Below are positions 1-12,949 of a stretch of DNA of 64,000 bases, piece by piece. A program made the translations under genes and the position numbers. This DNA is from Octopus sinensis (Eukaryota), in contig NC_042997.1 of assembly GCF_006345805.1 (NCBI RefSeq), positions 197,036,001-197,100,000 on the forward strand, read 5' to 3'. The notes under the pieces are model-generated. The model did no database searches. It was not told the origin of the DNA and saw only the letters and a list, made by a program, of their open reading frames with translations. Numbering within the stretch: position 1 is the first letter of the stretch; each line of letters opens with the position of its first letter.

Positions 1-1124
1 ATGTCATCGACCTAATCGCTTTGTCTCTCCTTTTTGTCCCCTGCATCTTTAGCGCCCTGTGGGCAATAAAAACAGAAACATATTTTCGTTCATAAAATTC
101 TTTGGAAAGAGACACAAACGCACATGTTGACGTCATAAGAATTAATAGAACTGAAGGCAGCAAGAACTAGTTCGGCTTTGGAACAGTGGATCTCAAAGCA
201 AGTTTAAAGCTATAAATATTCGTTTACGAAATCACTTGAGTTTGAAAAACTCGAAGGCTACCCGTGGACGAGCGTTTCGGCTTATATCTGCACTGCTCCC
301 TAGTGGTTGGGGAACGATATAATGAAATTACTTGCACTCTACAGTGCAGAGGAAACTTCATGAGATTACATAATACGTTACAGTGTTATAGTTTGGCGGA
401 ATGGTGTTGTTATGATGTGTATGCTTATAGTATTTCACAAATCCATTAGTATATATGGATTTGCAGAGAATACATTCTCGACTACCAATCAAAGCACAGT
501 GTGTAGTCATCAAACGTTTGGTATTACTAATAATAGGAACCTTTCAGAATTTTCTTGTTAAATCACTCAAATTCTCAAACAAAACCTAATTTTTTATTGC
601 GCCTTATTATTTTATACACTTATATTAATATATATTATATTTATATATATTACACGAAGAAGCTATAACTGTTCCACAATGGGGTAGCTTGCAGACTGGA
701 AATAGTTTTGCAAACTTTGTATGAAATTAACTTAAAACCGTAAATATTCAGTAATTTTCAAATTCATTTCCGATATGTCATTCATCTTTATTTCGTAGCT
801 TTTTTTACAGATTTATTAGAATATATTTTAACTACGGAGTGCAAGCACGATTTTAAAATGAAATAGCATCGCTCGAATGAGAGGCTAAATAACAAACAGA
901 TTGACAGAAGAGTGACGAGAAGACCAAAAATTCGAATAGGGATGGACAAAACATACACACACACCCACACACACACGCACGTCCACACACGCTAAATGAG
1001 AAAAAGGGAGATAATTGGAATAACGTTTCAAGCGAACTCATTATCGGGGCAGAATAAAAAGCACGATACCTATTTGAAGGAGGAACGATACCTATTTGAA
1101 CCCTACGTGTATTTTTCTGATTCA

Positions 1125-1559
1125 TTTTTGATGCCTTAAATTCCTCTCCTTTATATTTAATATTCTATAAATACTTCTCTCAATACGTATACGATTCTTG
1201 ATCCTGCCTTTCGTCCATTTTGGTTTATTATTTTCAGATCAGAACGGCTTTCTTGGAACGAAATAATGTTTCGAAGCATTTCATCAAAATTTCTGTATTC
1301 AGGGCTTAAATCCATAAAATTTGAGGTTGACAACCTCATTTATTTCCTTCTTCGTCATTATGAAATAATGCTAATTTTATCTCGGCACCTGTATTTCTTT
1401 GTTCTTGAGCTGTTGGGAGTAAAATCACACCACACCTCTTCCCTAAGCTTATCTCTTAAACCCGTAAATTTGCCAATTTTGAAGTCTGTCATAATCCGAT
1501 TATTTTAATAGTTTTCGTTTGTTAAGTTCAGGTCATATCTGATAACTTTATGATGATTT
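1125..1559 (-). mobile_element. Degenerate CR1/L2-clade LINE ORF2 fragment (end of endonuclease plus linker)
   Basis: Manual minus-strand translation across stops and frameshifts gives NHHKVIRYDLNL..DFKIGKFTGLRDKLREEVW..HYFVPRKPF*SENNKPKWTKGRIKNRIR. This resembles the SDH..I.F / DF.KA.F..LR..L..W / IP.K....KP.W linker of CR1-type ORF2. Confidence 0.55.
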
Positions 1560-1870
1560 AGGAGTGGCTGTGTGTTAAGTAGCTTGCTTACCAACCACAT
1601 GGTTCCGGGTTCAGTCCCACTGCGTGACACCTTGTGCAAGTGTCTCCTACTGTAGCCTCGGGCCGATCAAAGCCTTGTGAGTGGATTTGGTAGACGGACA
1701 CTGAAAGAAGCCCGTCGTATATATGTATGTATCTATATATATGTATGTATGTATGTATGTGCGTGTATATGTTTGTGTGTCTGTGTTTGTCCTCGCAACA
1801 TCACTTAACAACCGATGGTGGTGTGTTTACGTCCCTGTAACTTAGCGGTTCGGTAAAACTGACCGATAGA
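1560..1870 (+). mobile_element. tRNA-derived SINE family A, 3'-truncated
   Basis: Head GGAGTGGCTGTGTGTTAAG (A box) and GGTTCAGTCCC (B box), central TA/TG microsatellite, then the family 3' half up to GACCGATAGA; matches the other copies in the window. Confidence 0.85.
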
Positions 1871-1929
1871 CAAAATGCTGCTTATCGTTTTGTCCAGCAT
1901 GTTAACGATTCTGCCAGCTCGCTGCCCCA

Positions 1930-1988
<59 letters not shown>

Positions 1989-2224
1989 TAATAATAATAA
2001 TAATAATCCTTTAAACTGGAGACACAAGGCTTCAATTTTGGTTGAAGTGGACTAGTCGATTAAATCGATCCCCGTGTTTCACTGGTACTTAATTTATCCA
2101 CTCCGAAAGGATTGAAGGCAAAGTCAACCTCGGTGGATTTAGAACTCAGAACGTTGCGACGGGCGAAATAACCGCCATGCATATCGTCCAGCGTGCAAAC
2201 GATTCTGCCTGCTCGCCATCTTAA

Positions 2225-2274
<50 letters not shown>

Positions 2275-2539
2275 ATAATAATAATAATAATAATAATTAA
2301 TATTATTATTATTTTTATCATTATTCCTATTTCAAATTTTTGCGACAAGGACAGTTTGGGAGAGGCGGGGGATGAGTCGATTAGATCGACCCCAGTGTGT
2401 AACTTGTACTTATTTTATCACCCCTCGAAAGAATGAAAGGCAAAATCGAACTCGGCAGAATTTGAACTGATAACGTAACGACAGGCAAAATAGCTGCTAT
2501 GCACATCGTTCCGCGTGCTAACGATTCTTCCAGTTCATA

Positions 2540-2540
<1 letters not shown>
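1871..2540 (-). mobile_element. Cluster of SINE family B copies (1871-1928 head, 2008-2222, 2330-2538) separated by (AAT)n/(TAC)n tails
   Basis: Reverse complement matches GGCGAGCTGGCAGAATCGTTAG...GAGTTCAAATTCCGCCGAGGTCGACTTTGCCTTTCATCC seen at 10255 and 58533. Confidence 0.8.
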
Positions 2541-2583
<43 letters not shown>

Positions 2584-3285
2584 TATACGGAAGCATTCTC
2601 AGCAAATTCAATCAATGATTTTTGAAATCCATATTGTTTCAGAAGTGACAAGTAATATTTAAAAAATATATCTTAAAAGCATGCCTCAGGAAGTGTGCTC
2701 TTTTGATATGTATATAGAAATTATTTGTAAAAAGTAATTCATGAATTCATTTGTGTAGAGAAAAGTTACTATTACTCAAAAATGGCAAAACTATACGGCA
2801 ATATATTTAAGTATTTACGCTTTTGCTTTCTCTCTCTCTCTCTCTCTCTCTCCCCTGCCTCTGTCTTCGTTATACAAGTGTCGTCTGCTTCAATAACAAT
2901 ATATGTGTTTCATTTTCTTTCTATGTGTTTATATTATATGACTGTGTGTGGGTGTGTGTGTGTGCGTGAGTGTGTGCGTATGTGTGTGTGTGTGTGTGTA
3001 AAGGAAGTGAGATGGGAAGAAACCATTGATATCCTGCAGTAAAGATGTTAGTATTTCTTATTTTCCTTTTTGTGTGAAGTTACTGCCAATTGTTGCTCGT
3101 GAAAGATTCTATTTATTTCCTTCTACACTTTGGATATCTTCGAGGATAAACATGCAAAAGGAAGGAAGTTGAAAAAGAAGATATTTACAATTACTTGGAA
3201 ATAAAAAATAATAATAACGAAAAACTTACGACTAAAAACAGTGGAAATGTTGACAACTAATCACAACTATGATTATGGTAAAGAC

Positions 3286-3350
3286 GCTGATGATTGTAAT
3301 AGCTATGATGACAATGATGATGATGATGATAATAATAATAATAATGGTAG

Positions 3351-3384
<34 letters not shown>

Positions 3385-3394
3385 GTTAATAATA

Positions 3395-3426
<32 letters not shown>

Positions 3427-3975
3427 GATAATAATAATAATGGTAATAATAATAATAATGGTAATAATATAATAATGGTAATAATAATAATAATAATAAT
3501 AATATAATATATAATAATGGTAATATAATAATAATATAATAATAATATAATAATAATAAAAATAATAATAATATAATAATGGTAATAATAATAATAATAA
3601 TAATGATAATAATAATAATAATAATGATGATGATGATGACTATGATAATAATAATAACTATAACAGCAACAATGTTAATAGCGATGTAAATATAAATAGC
3701 TAAAATAAAACTAATATTACAGATATTAATGATGATGATGGCGATGATGATGATGATGATTATGATATGAGCCATAGTAATGTTAATGGTTTGAAATTTT
3801 GGTACATGGCCAATAGGTCAAGGGAAGGGGGTAAATCAATTAGATCGACTCCAGTGCGTAACTGGTATTTATTTTTTATCGATCCCACCGAAAGAATGAA
3901 AGGCAAAGTCGACCTCGGCGAAATTTGAAATCAGAACGTAAAGACGGACAAAATGAAACACTAACAATTACAATA

Positions 3976-4011
<36 letters not shown>

Positions 4012-4125
4012 TAATAATAATAATAATAATAATAACAACAACAACAACAACAACAACAACAGCTATAGAAGCGACATAATCTAATGTGAAAATAGTAACA
4101 AAACACCTACAACAACAACATTACC

Positions 4126-4172
<47 letters not shown>

Positions 4173-4199
4173 TGATGATGATAATTATTATTATTATTA

Positions 4200-4283
<84 letters not shown>
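3286..4283. repeat. Compound trinucleotide microsatellites (AAT/GAT/AAC/ATT) with an embedded SINE-B remnant (~3790-3955)
   Basis: Directly visible; source of the poly-N/I/Y ORFs in the track. Confidence 0.95.
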
Positions 4284-4284
<1 letters not shown>

Positions 4285-4735
4285 CAGCATTATTATAGTG
4301 ACGTAGGTACAGAGCAACGCATATTTCGGGAGGGTATAATTAGACAATCGATTCCAAAATCAGACTGCGGCTTATATTATCGATCGAAGTCAATGAGTGC
4401 GGTGGGATTTGAACTCAGAGATTAGGAACAACATCACTAAAAGCTGCCAGGCATTTGAAATGTCATTAAACCAATTCTTCTTATCACCATCGTAATGCCC
4501 TAAAAATATTAACGATATCGCCAGTTTTCTCTTATCCATCCACGGGCAGAGAGGCGTTCCAAAAAATCGAAATGCGAAGATTTCTAGAATATTCTTAAAG
4601 GTTTTCCTTATATATCATTCCTGATTGCTGAAGGTTTTAAGCAAGTTTTTCAAAATATATGTAAATTCTTTTCAAGTGACAAAGGAAACTTTCAAAGTAT
4701 CTTTTAAGATATAATTGAAAAATGTTAAACAAGAT

Positions 4736-4900
4736 TGATAGGCGCAGGCGTGGCTGTGTGGTTAAGAAGCTCTCGTTTACAATCATGTTCTTTCGGGTTC
4801 AATCCCATTGCGAAGCACTTTGGGGAAGTATCTTCAGTTTGGTTGACGGAAACTGTGTTGAAGCCCTTTGTGTACACACACATACGCATATATAGCTTAT
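4736..4900 (+). mobile_element. SINE A head fragment (diverged)
   Basis: GGCGCAGGCGTGGCTGTGTGGTTAAG...GGGTTCAATCCC...GACGGAAACTG. Confidence 0.7.
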
Positions 4901-4944
4901 ATATTTGTAAACTAGTGTTTGTTTTTTATGTCCATTTATAATCC

Positions 4945-5325
4945 TCTCTACTATAGGCACAAGGCCTGATGTTTTGGGGCAGAGGACTAGTCAATTACAT
5001 CGACCCCAGAATTTCACTGGTACTTAATTTATCGACCCCAAAAGGATGAAAGGCAAAATCGACCTGGGTGGAATTTGAACTCAGAATGTGGTGACAAACG
5101 AAATACCTATTTCTTTACTACCCACAAGGGGCTAAACACAGAGAGGACAAACGGATTAAGTCGATTATATCGACCCCAGTGCGTAACTGGTACTTATTTA
5201 ATCGACCCCGAAAGGATGAAAGGCAAAGTCGACCTCGGCGGAATTTGAACTCACAGCGTAACGACAGACGAAATACCGTTAAGCATATCACTCAGCGTAC
5301 TAACGATTCTGCCAACTCACCGCCA
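4945..5325 (-). mobile_element. Dimeric SINE B
   Basis: Two successive SINE-B bodies joined by the junction CTTGTGGGTAGTAAAGAAATAGGTATTTCG (reverse complement), which is also seen at 10470-10495 and 58745-58772. Confidence 0.85.
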
Positions 5326-5861
5326 TTTTTATGTCCATTTAAAAAACAAAATATATATATTAATCTTATGGGTTACTGTATACTTTTGTAGAGTACAGAT
5401 TTATTGATCTTATACAAGAAAGTTGTTGAAAGTGACTTCGAAGTAAAGCATACTACGAAATACATCAATATTGCAAAACATACTACGTAATACATCAATA
5501 TTGCAAATCTGCTATCCACACGCCAGAACACATAGATTCAACTACCGTCAGTTAAAGGGGAAAATCTTTGGTAGGGATGTACAAATGCAACTGTCTTAGA
5601 AAATTACAATGCGGAGATACTACAGAGTTTTAGCTTACAGACAGCCTGCTAAGTAACGCATAACGCTTAATAACGTTAGAATTATTTTCCATGGTAAAAA
5701 GGAAAAATGTGTAGTAAATATCGACAGAGAAATACCAATTCTGAATAATGTTGTGTAGAAGAGCTGAGAAAGTAAGGAAATTGCAAAGTTTCAAGTAAAT
5801 ACAGTATTCTGTTTAAGGTTTGTGTCTATCCTAATATTTATAACTAATGCTTCCATAACAG

Positions 5862-5926
5862 CGTTGCTGCACACTGTGTTGTGGGGTAGCCGTCGCCGAC
5901 TGTGGACACTCGCGTCAAATTTCGAG
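5862..5926 (+). other. Candidate internal exon (65 nt), gene unknown
   Basis: GC-rich island in an AT-rich background. Acceptor CTAATGCTTCCATAACAG, donor GAG|GTAATA; two frames open (RCCTLCCGVAVADCGHSRQIS; LLHTVLWGSRRRLWTLASNFE). No homology recognised. Confidence 0.3.
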
Positions 5927-6060
5927 GTAATAGTGTGTAAGTTAAAGACCTGCTCTTAAAATTAGCATTCAAAGTGGTTGAATATTCCTCAGATACATGC
6001 ACTCTTTTATTATTCTGACATTGAAACAGCGTCATAAAAGTGACAACGTTGTAGCATATT

Positions 6061-6330
6061 TGATATCATCATCATCATCATTGTTCGACCGTGGTCGAGA
6101 CAATGGAATTTACCATGCTACGCCAGATTTCATGGTCCATCATGGCATTACGGAGGTCCTGCTGCTGGATGCCTGTATCCCTGGAGATTACATCAGGGTA
6201 GGAGAGTGTGCGTCCTCTGGTATTGCGAGTAGATGGCTTCCAGAGGAGAAGAGTAGAAATTACCTCTTTTTCAGCTCTACAACAATGTCCAGCAAACTGG
6301 ACTCTTCTGCCTTTCACAAGAGATGACGCT
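6061..6330 (-). mobile_element. RTE-clade LINE 3' end (C-terminal ORF with (TGA)n tail)
   Basis: ORF 6078-6317 KGRRVQFAGHCCRAEKEVISTLLLWKP..RGRTLSYPDVISRDTG..DLRNAMMDHEIWR matches the RRL.FAGHC.R..E....L.LW.P..GR....Y.D.L..DTG...DL...M.DR..WR C-terminus of RTE elements; a short (TGA)n tail follows the stop. Confidence 0.85.
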
Positions 6331-6619
6331 GCTCATCACAACCTCCGTCTATCCAAGTTCAACCGCAAGGCTTGAGCAGACTCGAGGTAATGGCAAACGA
6401 GTTTGCATAAGATGTCACACGGATGGAGCGTACCTGGGATTTAATATGTGTGAAGTCAACTCCTTTACACTCAGCCAGAGTGTCCACAAGTTCAGAATAT
6501 TTATAAAGAGATTTTCTAGAAGTTGGGATCGTTAATGATTTATGAAGATGTTCACACACAATATTCATAGACCGTGAACACTTCTGTGACTTTCCTTAAA
6601 TTATATGGAGCTAAGGTAA

Positions 6620-6820
6620 CGAAATGGCAGAAGTGTTAGTGCGTCGGACAAAGTTTTTAGCAATATTTATTTTGAGTTTATATTCCACAAGAGTATACTT
6701 TGCCCTTCATCTTTCCGTGGTCGATGAAGTAAATCCCAGGAAAATAAGGGGCTCGATGTAACCGCTTTACCCCTAAGCCTCAAAACAGTTGTCCTTGAAC
6801 CAAAATCAGAAATAATAATA
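6620..6820 (+). mobile_element. Old diverged SINE B
   Basis: TGGCAGAAGTGTTAG...GAGTTTATATTCC...CTTTGCCCTTCATC...GGTCGAT. Confidence 0.55.
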
Positions 6821-6880
6821 TAATTTGCATCTAATGCTTTTCCATGTCAAAGAAAGTTATTTAATAATAATTATATCTAG

Positions 6881-7290
6881 TTTACTCTTTTACTCTTTTA
6901 CTTGTCATTTGACTGTGGCCATGCTGGAGCACCGCTTTTAGTCGAGCAATTCGACATCACGGCTTATTCTTTGTAAGCCGTATACTTATTCTATCGGTCT
7001 CTTTTGCCGAACCGCTAAGTTACGGGGACGCAAACACACCAGCATCGGTTGTCAAGCGATGTTGGGGGGAACACAGACACACAAACATATACACACGCAT
7101 AAACACACATGTATATACATATATACGACGGGTTTCTTTCAGTTTCCGTCTACCAAATCCACTCACAAGACGTTGGTCGACCCGAGGCTATACTAGAAGA
7201 CACTTACCCAAGGTGACACGCAGTGGAACTTAACATGAAGCCATGTAGTTTGTAAACAATCTACTTACCACACAGCCACTCCTACGCCTA
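6881..7290 (-). mobile_element. Full-length SINE A
   Basis: (TTTTACTC)n tail, family body, internal microsatellite and tRNA-like head ending CACAGCCACTCCTACGCC. Confidence 0.9.
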
Positions 7291-7869
7291 GATATAAGCC
7301 TAGTTTAGATATAATTAGATGCAATTTTCTGGAAGTTCCATGATGCCATCGACCAAGACCGATGGTATCGACTGGGGTCAATTGTGGAATGGTGTTTTAT
7401 TCTATCGGCTGACAAAGAACATAACTGTTTGGTTGTCAATGGCGGTTTTAAATTGTGGGCGCAAAAAGCCGGAAGCGAAACCGCAAAGTTTTGGATTACT
7501 GCCATGACAGGTCTATTCCATATGCACCAGTTCTCTTCTGTTCTAGTGGGGCTATATTTTCATCATCTCTTATGTTCATATGCCACCCTTATCGTAGTGG
7601 TAGTAGTTGTAGTAGCAGAAGTAGGCGTCGTCGTCGTATTATTCGCAGCAGCAGTGGTAGTAATCGTAGAAGTAGTAGTGGTGGTTGTCGTCGTCGTGGA
7701 AGAAGCAAAAGAAGAAGAAGTAGAAGCCGGAGGAGGAGGACGATTTACCTGGACTATTTCATATTATAGCGAAAGCTCATTTCGGAATATACAATAACAG
7801 CAGAAGACATACAGACTTGATTTCTGTACGGTAAATCGGAGATAATAAAAACTTCAGATACTAAAATAT

Positions 7870-8385
7870 ACATATCATACACACACATATATACACACGC
7901 GCGTATTTGCATATATGTGGTGTGTATATGTACGTATGCATGTATGTATATAAATATATATACATATGTGTACATACACATGTCTGCATCTTTGCGTGCA
8001 TATATAAATTTATATATATATATGAGTGTGTGTGTGTGTCTCTGTGTGTGGGTGGCTGTGTATATATGTATATATCATATATGTATGTGTATATATGTAT
8101 ATATACATATATGTATATAAATATATAAATATATATATATAAATTTAGTTTATATATATGTATGTATATAATATGTATATATACATATACATATAACTTT
8201 AGTGTATGTATGTGTATGTGTATATATATATATAAATTTAGTTTATATATATGTATGTATATAATATGTATATATACATATATGTATATATATATATAAA
8301 TATATATATAAATTTAGTTTATATATATGTATGTATATAATATGTATATATATATATATATATAAATATATATGTATATATATAT
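7870..8385. repeat. TA/TG compound microsatellite with a ~45-bp higher-order unit x3
   Basis: TATAAATTTAGTTTATATATATGTATGTATATAATATGTATATAT occurs near 8137, 8231 and 8308. Confidence 0.9.
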
Positions 8386-9002
8386 TCTAATTACTGAAGA
8401 TATTTTGAGTGTGACTATTGCATATCTTTATATCATTCTAAAGGAAAATACATTATTATACGTCTGGCGAAAGTAGGCACTAATAGATTACTTAATTCAG
8501 GATTCACGATGCTCATGATATCATGGATAACCATTAAAGTGAAAAAGAATATAATACAATGAAATGTTATAGAAATTCTTCTTTTTGTAGATTGTGAAGA
8601 GCTGTTCAATTTATCCATCGCCATTTAAAACGTGCTTAATACAATAAATAAGCAACGCTACTCTTGATGACTTCTCTATCTTTCGCTGTCGCTTACTGTG
8701 GCGCTTTCTATCTCGTTTTCTCTCTTCATTTTTGCCTTCTCTTTTTGTTAGAAAGAAAACTCAAACAGTCTATTCGTAGATTCAATAGTCAATTTTGATT
8801 AATCATTACCGTTTCTTAACATTGATCTAATTACTTTATGCACTTTCATTTCTTCTTTTCACTCCTTCGTAACCATAATCATAATCGTCGAAACCTCATA
8901 GTAATAATCATCAAGAAAAGTACACATACACTAAATATACATACACACAGTTATGGCTGTGGTAGAGAAGAAAGTGGTACTTGCTGAAGGTTTAAAACCC
9001 AC

Positions 9003-9307
9003 CATCCTTTGTTCCTTCTCGAGCCATGCCTGGCTCATAAGGGCCGGTTTTCCGGTTTCCTTTCCGTATAGGTTCCCCAACTGGACGGCACGCCGGTCCA
9101 TCGCAGGTGAGCTGCAAGATGCAGGAGGAAATAGTGAGAGAAAGTTGTGGCGAAAGAGTCAGTAGAAGTTCGCCATAACCTTCTGCCGGAGACGCGTCGA
9201 GCTTAGGAGTTTCGCTCATAAACACAAACATCGCCCGGTCTGAGATTCGGACCGCAATCCCTCGACCGCGAGTTCGCTGCTCTAACCACAAGGCCATGTG
9301 CCTCCAC
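9003..9307 (-). mobile_element. tRNA-derived SINE family C
   Basis: Reverse-complement head GTGGAGGCACATGGCCTTGTGGTTAGAGCAGCG...; tail ...GGAAACCGGAAAACCGGCCCTTATGAGCCAGGC; homologous to 27040-27352. Confidence 0.8.
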
Positions 9308-9860
9308 AAAATCCACCATTGAAGGACAGCAAATATATCTTATCTGTATAAATAATAGATTTTTTTATACAGATTTTATCCTTCAGCCATAGATTAACAA
9401 GTTATCAGCGGATTTATGATCGAATGTATTGCAGCTACGCATATCCTGTCTGTTGCTTTCAAACAGTGAAATTTAGTAGAGCACATATGTGCAGGAGAGA
9501 ATATTACGTTTCCATATCTAAGTTTTGGCATAATGAATCGTAAAGCTTGCAACTAATAGGCCTAAGATATTATACATACATGCATACATTCCTATGCGGT
9601 ACGATGTTGTTGCTAAAGCAATTTGCAATGTCATCCGCAAAAAAAGACTGTCCTGAAATAAACTCAATGCAAATAAAGCGAAATAAAGTGTAAATACGTC
9701 GGTGAATCCTAAAAGATCTTGTGGAATTCAGAGCCGTTGAAGTACACTTCTATTGAATAACAATAGTTAAATAAATATTTTAGTCCGCAGCTTTTGTAAT
9801 AAGACGTTTTTCCCTTTCCTAAGTAAGCAACAATACCAGGTAATTCAAAATAAATCGTCC

Positions 9861-11073
9861 TCTGTTACAGAGTGCACCTATCTCGACATGTCTATTGAAT
9901 TGTTGCCCCAACTGGAATAAGAGGTATCCGACTTTATTATACAGCAAGACGGGACCCCACCACATTGGCATCGATACGTGTGCGACTACCTCAACCGGCA
10001 TCACGGAGAACACTGGATTGGCCGTGCTGGCGTGACTGATTTGCCATTGATGGTCTACTCCATCAGGTTATTCGACACAACGCGTTGGGACTTTTTACTT
10101 GGGGATATTTGAATGGCAAAATGCTCATATCCCTACTTCAATAGGCATTACAGGAGATAAAGGAGCAGATAGGTGATGCAGTCGACTTAATTCATCAGGC
10201 TATGCTGGCACAGGTGTAAGTTCCACATTAATTCGTAATAAATGTTCTCGCTATGGCGGTAAGCTGGCAGAAATGTTAGCACGCCGGGCGAAATGCCTAG
10301 CGGTATTTCGTCTGCCGTTACGTTCTGAGTTCAAATTCCGCCGAGGTCGACTTCGCCTTTCATCCTTTCGGGGTCGATTAAATAAGTACCAGTTACGCAC
10401 TGGGGTCGATATACTCGATTTAATCCGTTTGTCTGTCCTTGTTTGTCCTCTCTGTGTTTAGCCCCTTGTGGGTAGTAAAGAAATAGGTATTTCGTCTACC
10501 GTTACGTTCTGCGTTCAAATTCCGCCGAGATCAACTTTGCCTTTCATCCCTTCGGGGTCGGTAAATTTAGTACATGTTACGCACTGGGTTCAAAATAATT
10601 GACTTAATCCGTTTGTCTGTCGTTGTTTGTCCCCTCTATGCTGAGCCCCTTGAGGACAATAAACAAATAAGAAACGTTAGCACGCGGGGTGAAATGATTC
10701 GCGGTATTTCGTCTGTCTTATGTTTTGAGTGCAACTTCCACCGAGGTCGACTTTGCCGTTCATCCTTCCGGGGTTGATAAGTTAAGTACCAGCTGCGTAC
10801 TGGGGTCGATTTAATCGACTGGCCCCCTCCCCAAAAGTTTCGGGCCTCGTGCCTAGAATAGAAAAGAATATGCTGGTACGGGTGTAGCAAGAACTAGGCT
10901 ATCATGTAAATGTCTGCCGTGTGGAAACGGGTGCCAACATTAAACGCCTTTGACTGTCAGTAAAAATGTGAAGAGTTACTCTTTCATGTTACATCTGTAT
11001 TTTTGCAATATATTCCTTACATCACTCACATCTATCTTTTCTTTTTGTACTATTCAGTTTGAATTATCCAGTA
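9861..11073 (+). pseudogene. Tc1/mariner transposase C-terminal relic (rosa/DD41D-like), split by a SINE-B array
   Basis: YLDM..LLPQLE*..FIIQQDGTPPHWHRYVCDYLN..HWIGRAG..WDF(fs)LWGYL..IKEQIGDAV..MLAQV* continues after the SINE array as MLVRV*QELGYHVNVCRVETGANIKRL* (stop 10951-10953). A putative right terminus ends ...GAATTATCCAG-TA at ~11073. Confidence 0.85.
10255..10868 (+). mobile_element. Trimeric SINE B array
   Basis: One complete head followed by two head-truncated units. The insertion is bracketed by an 18-bp direct repeat (10201-10218 and 10869-10886, 16/18 identical). Confidence 0.9.
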
Positions 11074-11984
11074 TTTAAATTATTAATAACTAGTTTAGCT
11101 TTTCTAATAACAGAATCAATGCGCAGAATATGTAGGTTAGCAATTCAGAGAAAAAGTTAAGATCATTTAAGTACATATTATTTTATTCCGCCCCATATCG
11201 TCCTTGTTCTATATCCATAACGGAAGCATCCGTTCTGCTTATTTGAAGTGAAACAAAAGGATTAAGTACACACAATTGTCTTATTTACTTTAATTGAGAG
11301 CAGTCTTCTTTACGTGGTCCAATAATAGTCGCTTCTAACTAGATCAGTTATATTTGACATCTATATCTGGTATTCTTTGAATCGTAAAATTAGCAAGAGA
11401 GACAGTGTTGAAAAAATATTGTATTCTTGCCAAAACACGAATCAATATCTGTGCTGAACAAGAGTTGTATTAATGTAATATTGATATTTGTACAATGTTT
11501 CCTTGGTTTCAGTAAACCAGGGATTCCAGTAATATATTTGATATTCGAAAATGTCAGAGCAATCTACGGTAAACGTATGTCGCAGCCGTATTAAAACTGC
11601 TGGTCGGCCTTCCTATCACGAGACAGCCAAGCAGTATCTACGTTTAGATGTCTGGAGGCTGGCTTTGCGAGAGAAAGGAAAACGAAAAATGATTATTTCT
11701 GGCGAACTGTATAAATTGTAAATTTCAACGAATTATATTTGCATTCATCTGATTAAAAGCAAAAAAAGAAAAAAAGAGATAAAACAAAAACAAACGGTTG
11801 TGAGGACTAGTTAAATGAATAGAAAAGGACAGATAGTTAGGGAATTAAATGGATGAGAATGTCATTATTAAAATATATATAAAAAAAAAATTCTACCATT
11901 TACAAAACGGAAAGTAAAATAGGAGAAATATTGATCGATAGTTAATAATGTAGACTGCAAACAAGGCATTCTTACAAACACATA

Positions 11985-12006
11985 TACATACACAGGTATA
12001 TATATA

Positions 12007-12055
<49 letters not shown>

Positions 12056-12349
12056 ATATATATATATATATATATATATGTATTTACATATATACATATA
12101 CATACATGCACACACATGTATATACACATACATATATACATACACATATGTATTGTATTTACATATATAGCGTATATATGTATATACCCATGGATTTACA
12201 CTCACACGCACGCAGACACATACACACATATACACACGCCTTAAGCTCCTCCGAGAAATTGGTTATATTTTTCGTCTAATGGGTATAATTAGATTTTAAG
12301 CAAATATGATACTTGATATAATAAAGTTTTATCTGTAAAGAAATATATC

Positions 12350-12383
<34 letters not shown>

Positions 12384-12479
12384 CATATATATCAGTGCAT
12401 AAATGAGGATATATATATATATTCATATATTTGTAGCTATTTTCTTTTGTACACAGAAACACTCATATAAGTGCATATT

Positions 12480-12570
<91 letters not shown>
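11985..12570. repeat. (TA)n/(CA)n/(TG)n microsatellite blocks
   Basis: Directly visible. Confidence 0.9.
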
Positions 12571-12571
<1 letters not shown>

Positions 12572-12949
12572 GCCAAAAATACATTAATACCTTACGCATT
12601 CACTCACTCACTCTCTCTCTCTCACTGTTATACACACTCGCACACATATATAATCCGTGATCTCAGGTGTTTATAAGTAGCTATAATAATAAATATGTCT
12701 GTATATTTTAGCATTTCATGCCGATATATCACACCTTCTACGTTGTTGAACGAATCAAACACAGAAATGTTCAACGTTATGCTATATAGATTTTGTTAGC
12801 CACCAAAATAGACAGATCAGCCGTAAAACTTTCCACAAATGTGGACATACAGAATGCTTGGGTTACGGCGGCCTATTTTAGTGGCCAAGGGGATTGGTTA
12901 ACAAATTTCATAATAAAAAGAAAACCTATTCAGAAAGAATCATTTATAC

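Noticed and set aside
5449-5507. 30-bp tandem duplication (also a 16-bp direct repeat near 1045-1080)
   Set aside because: Real but ordinary slippage products.
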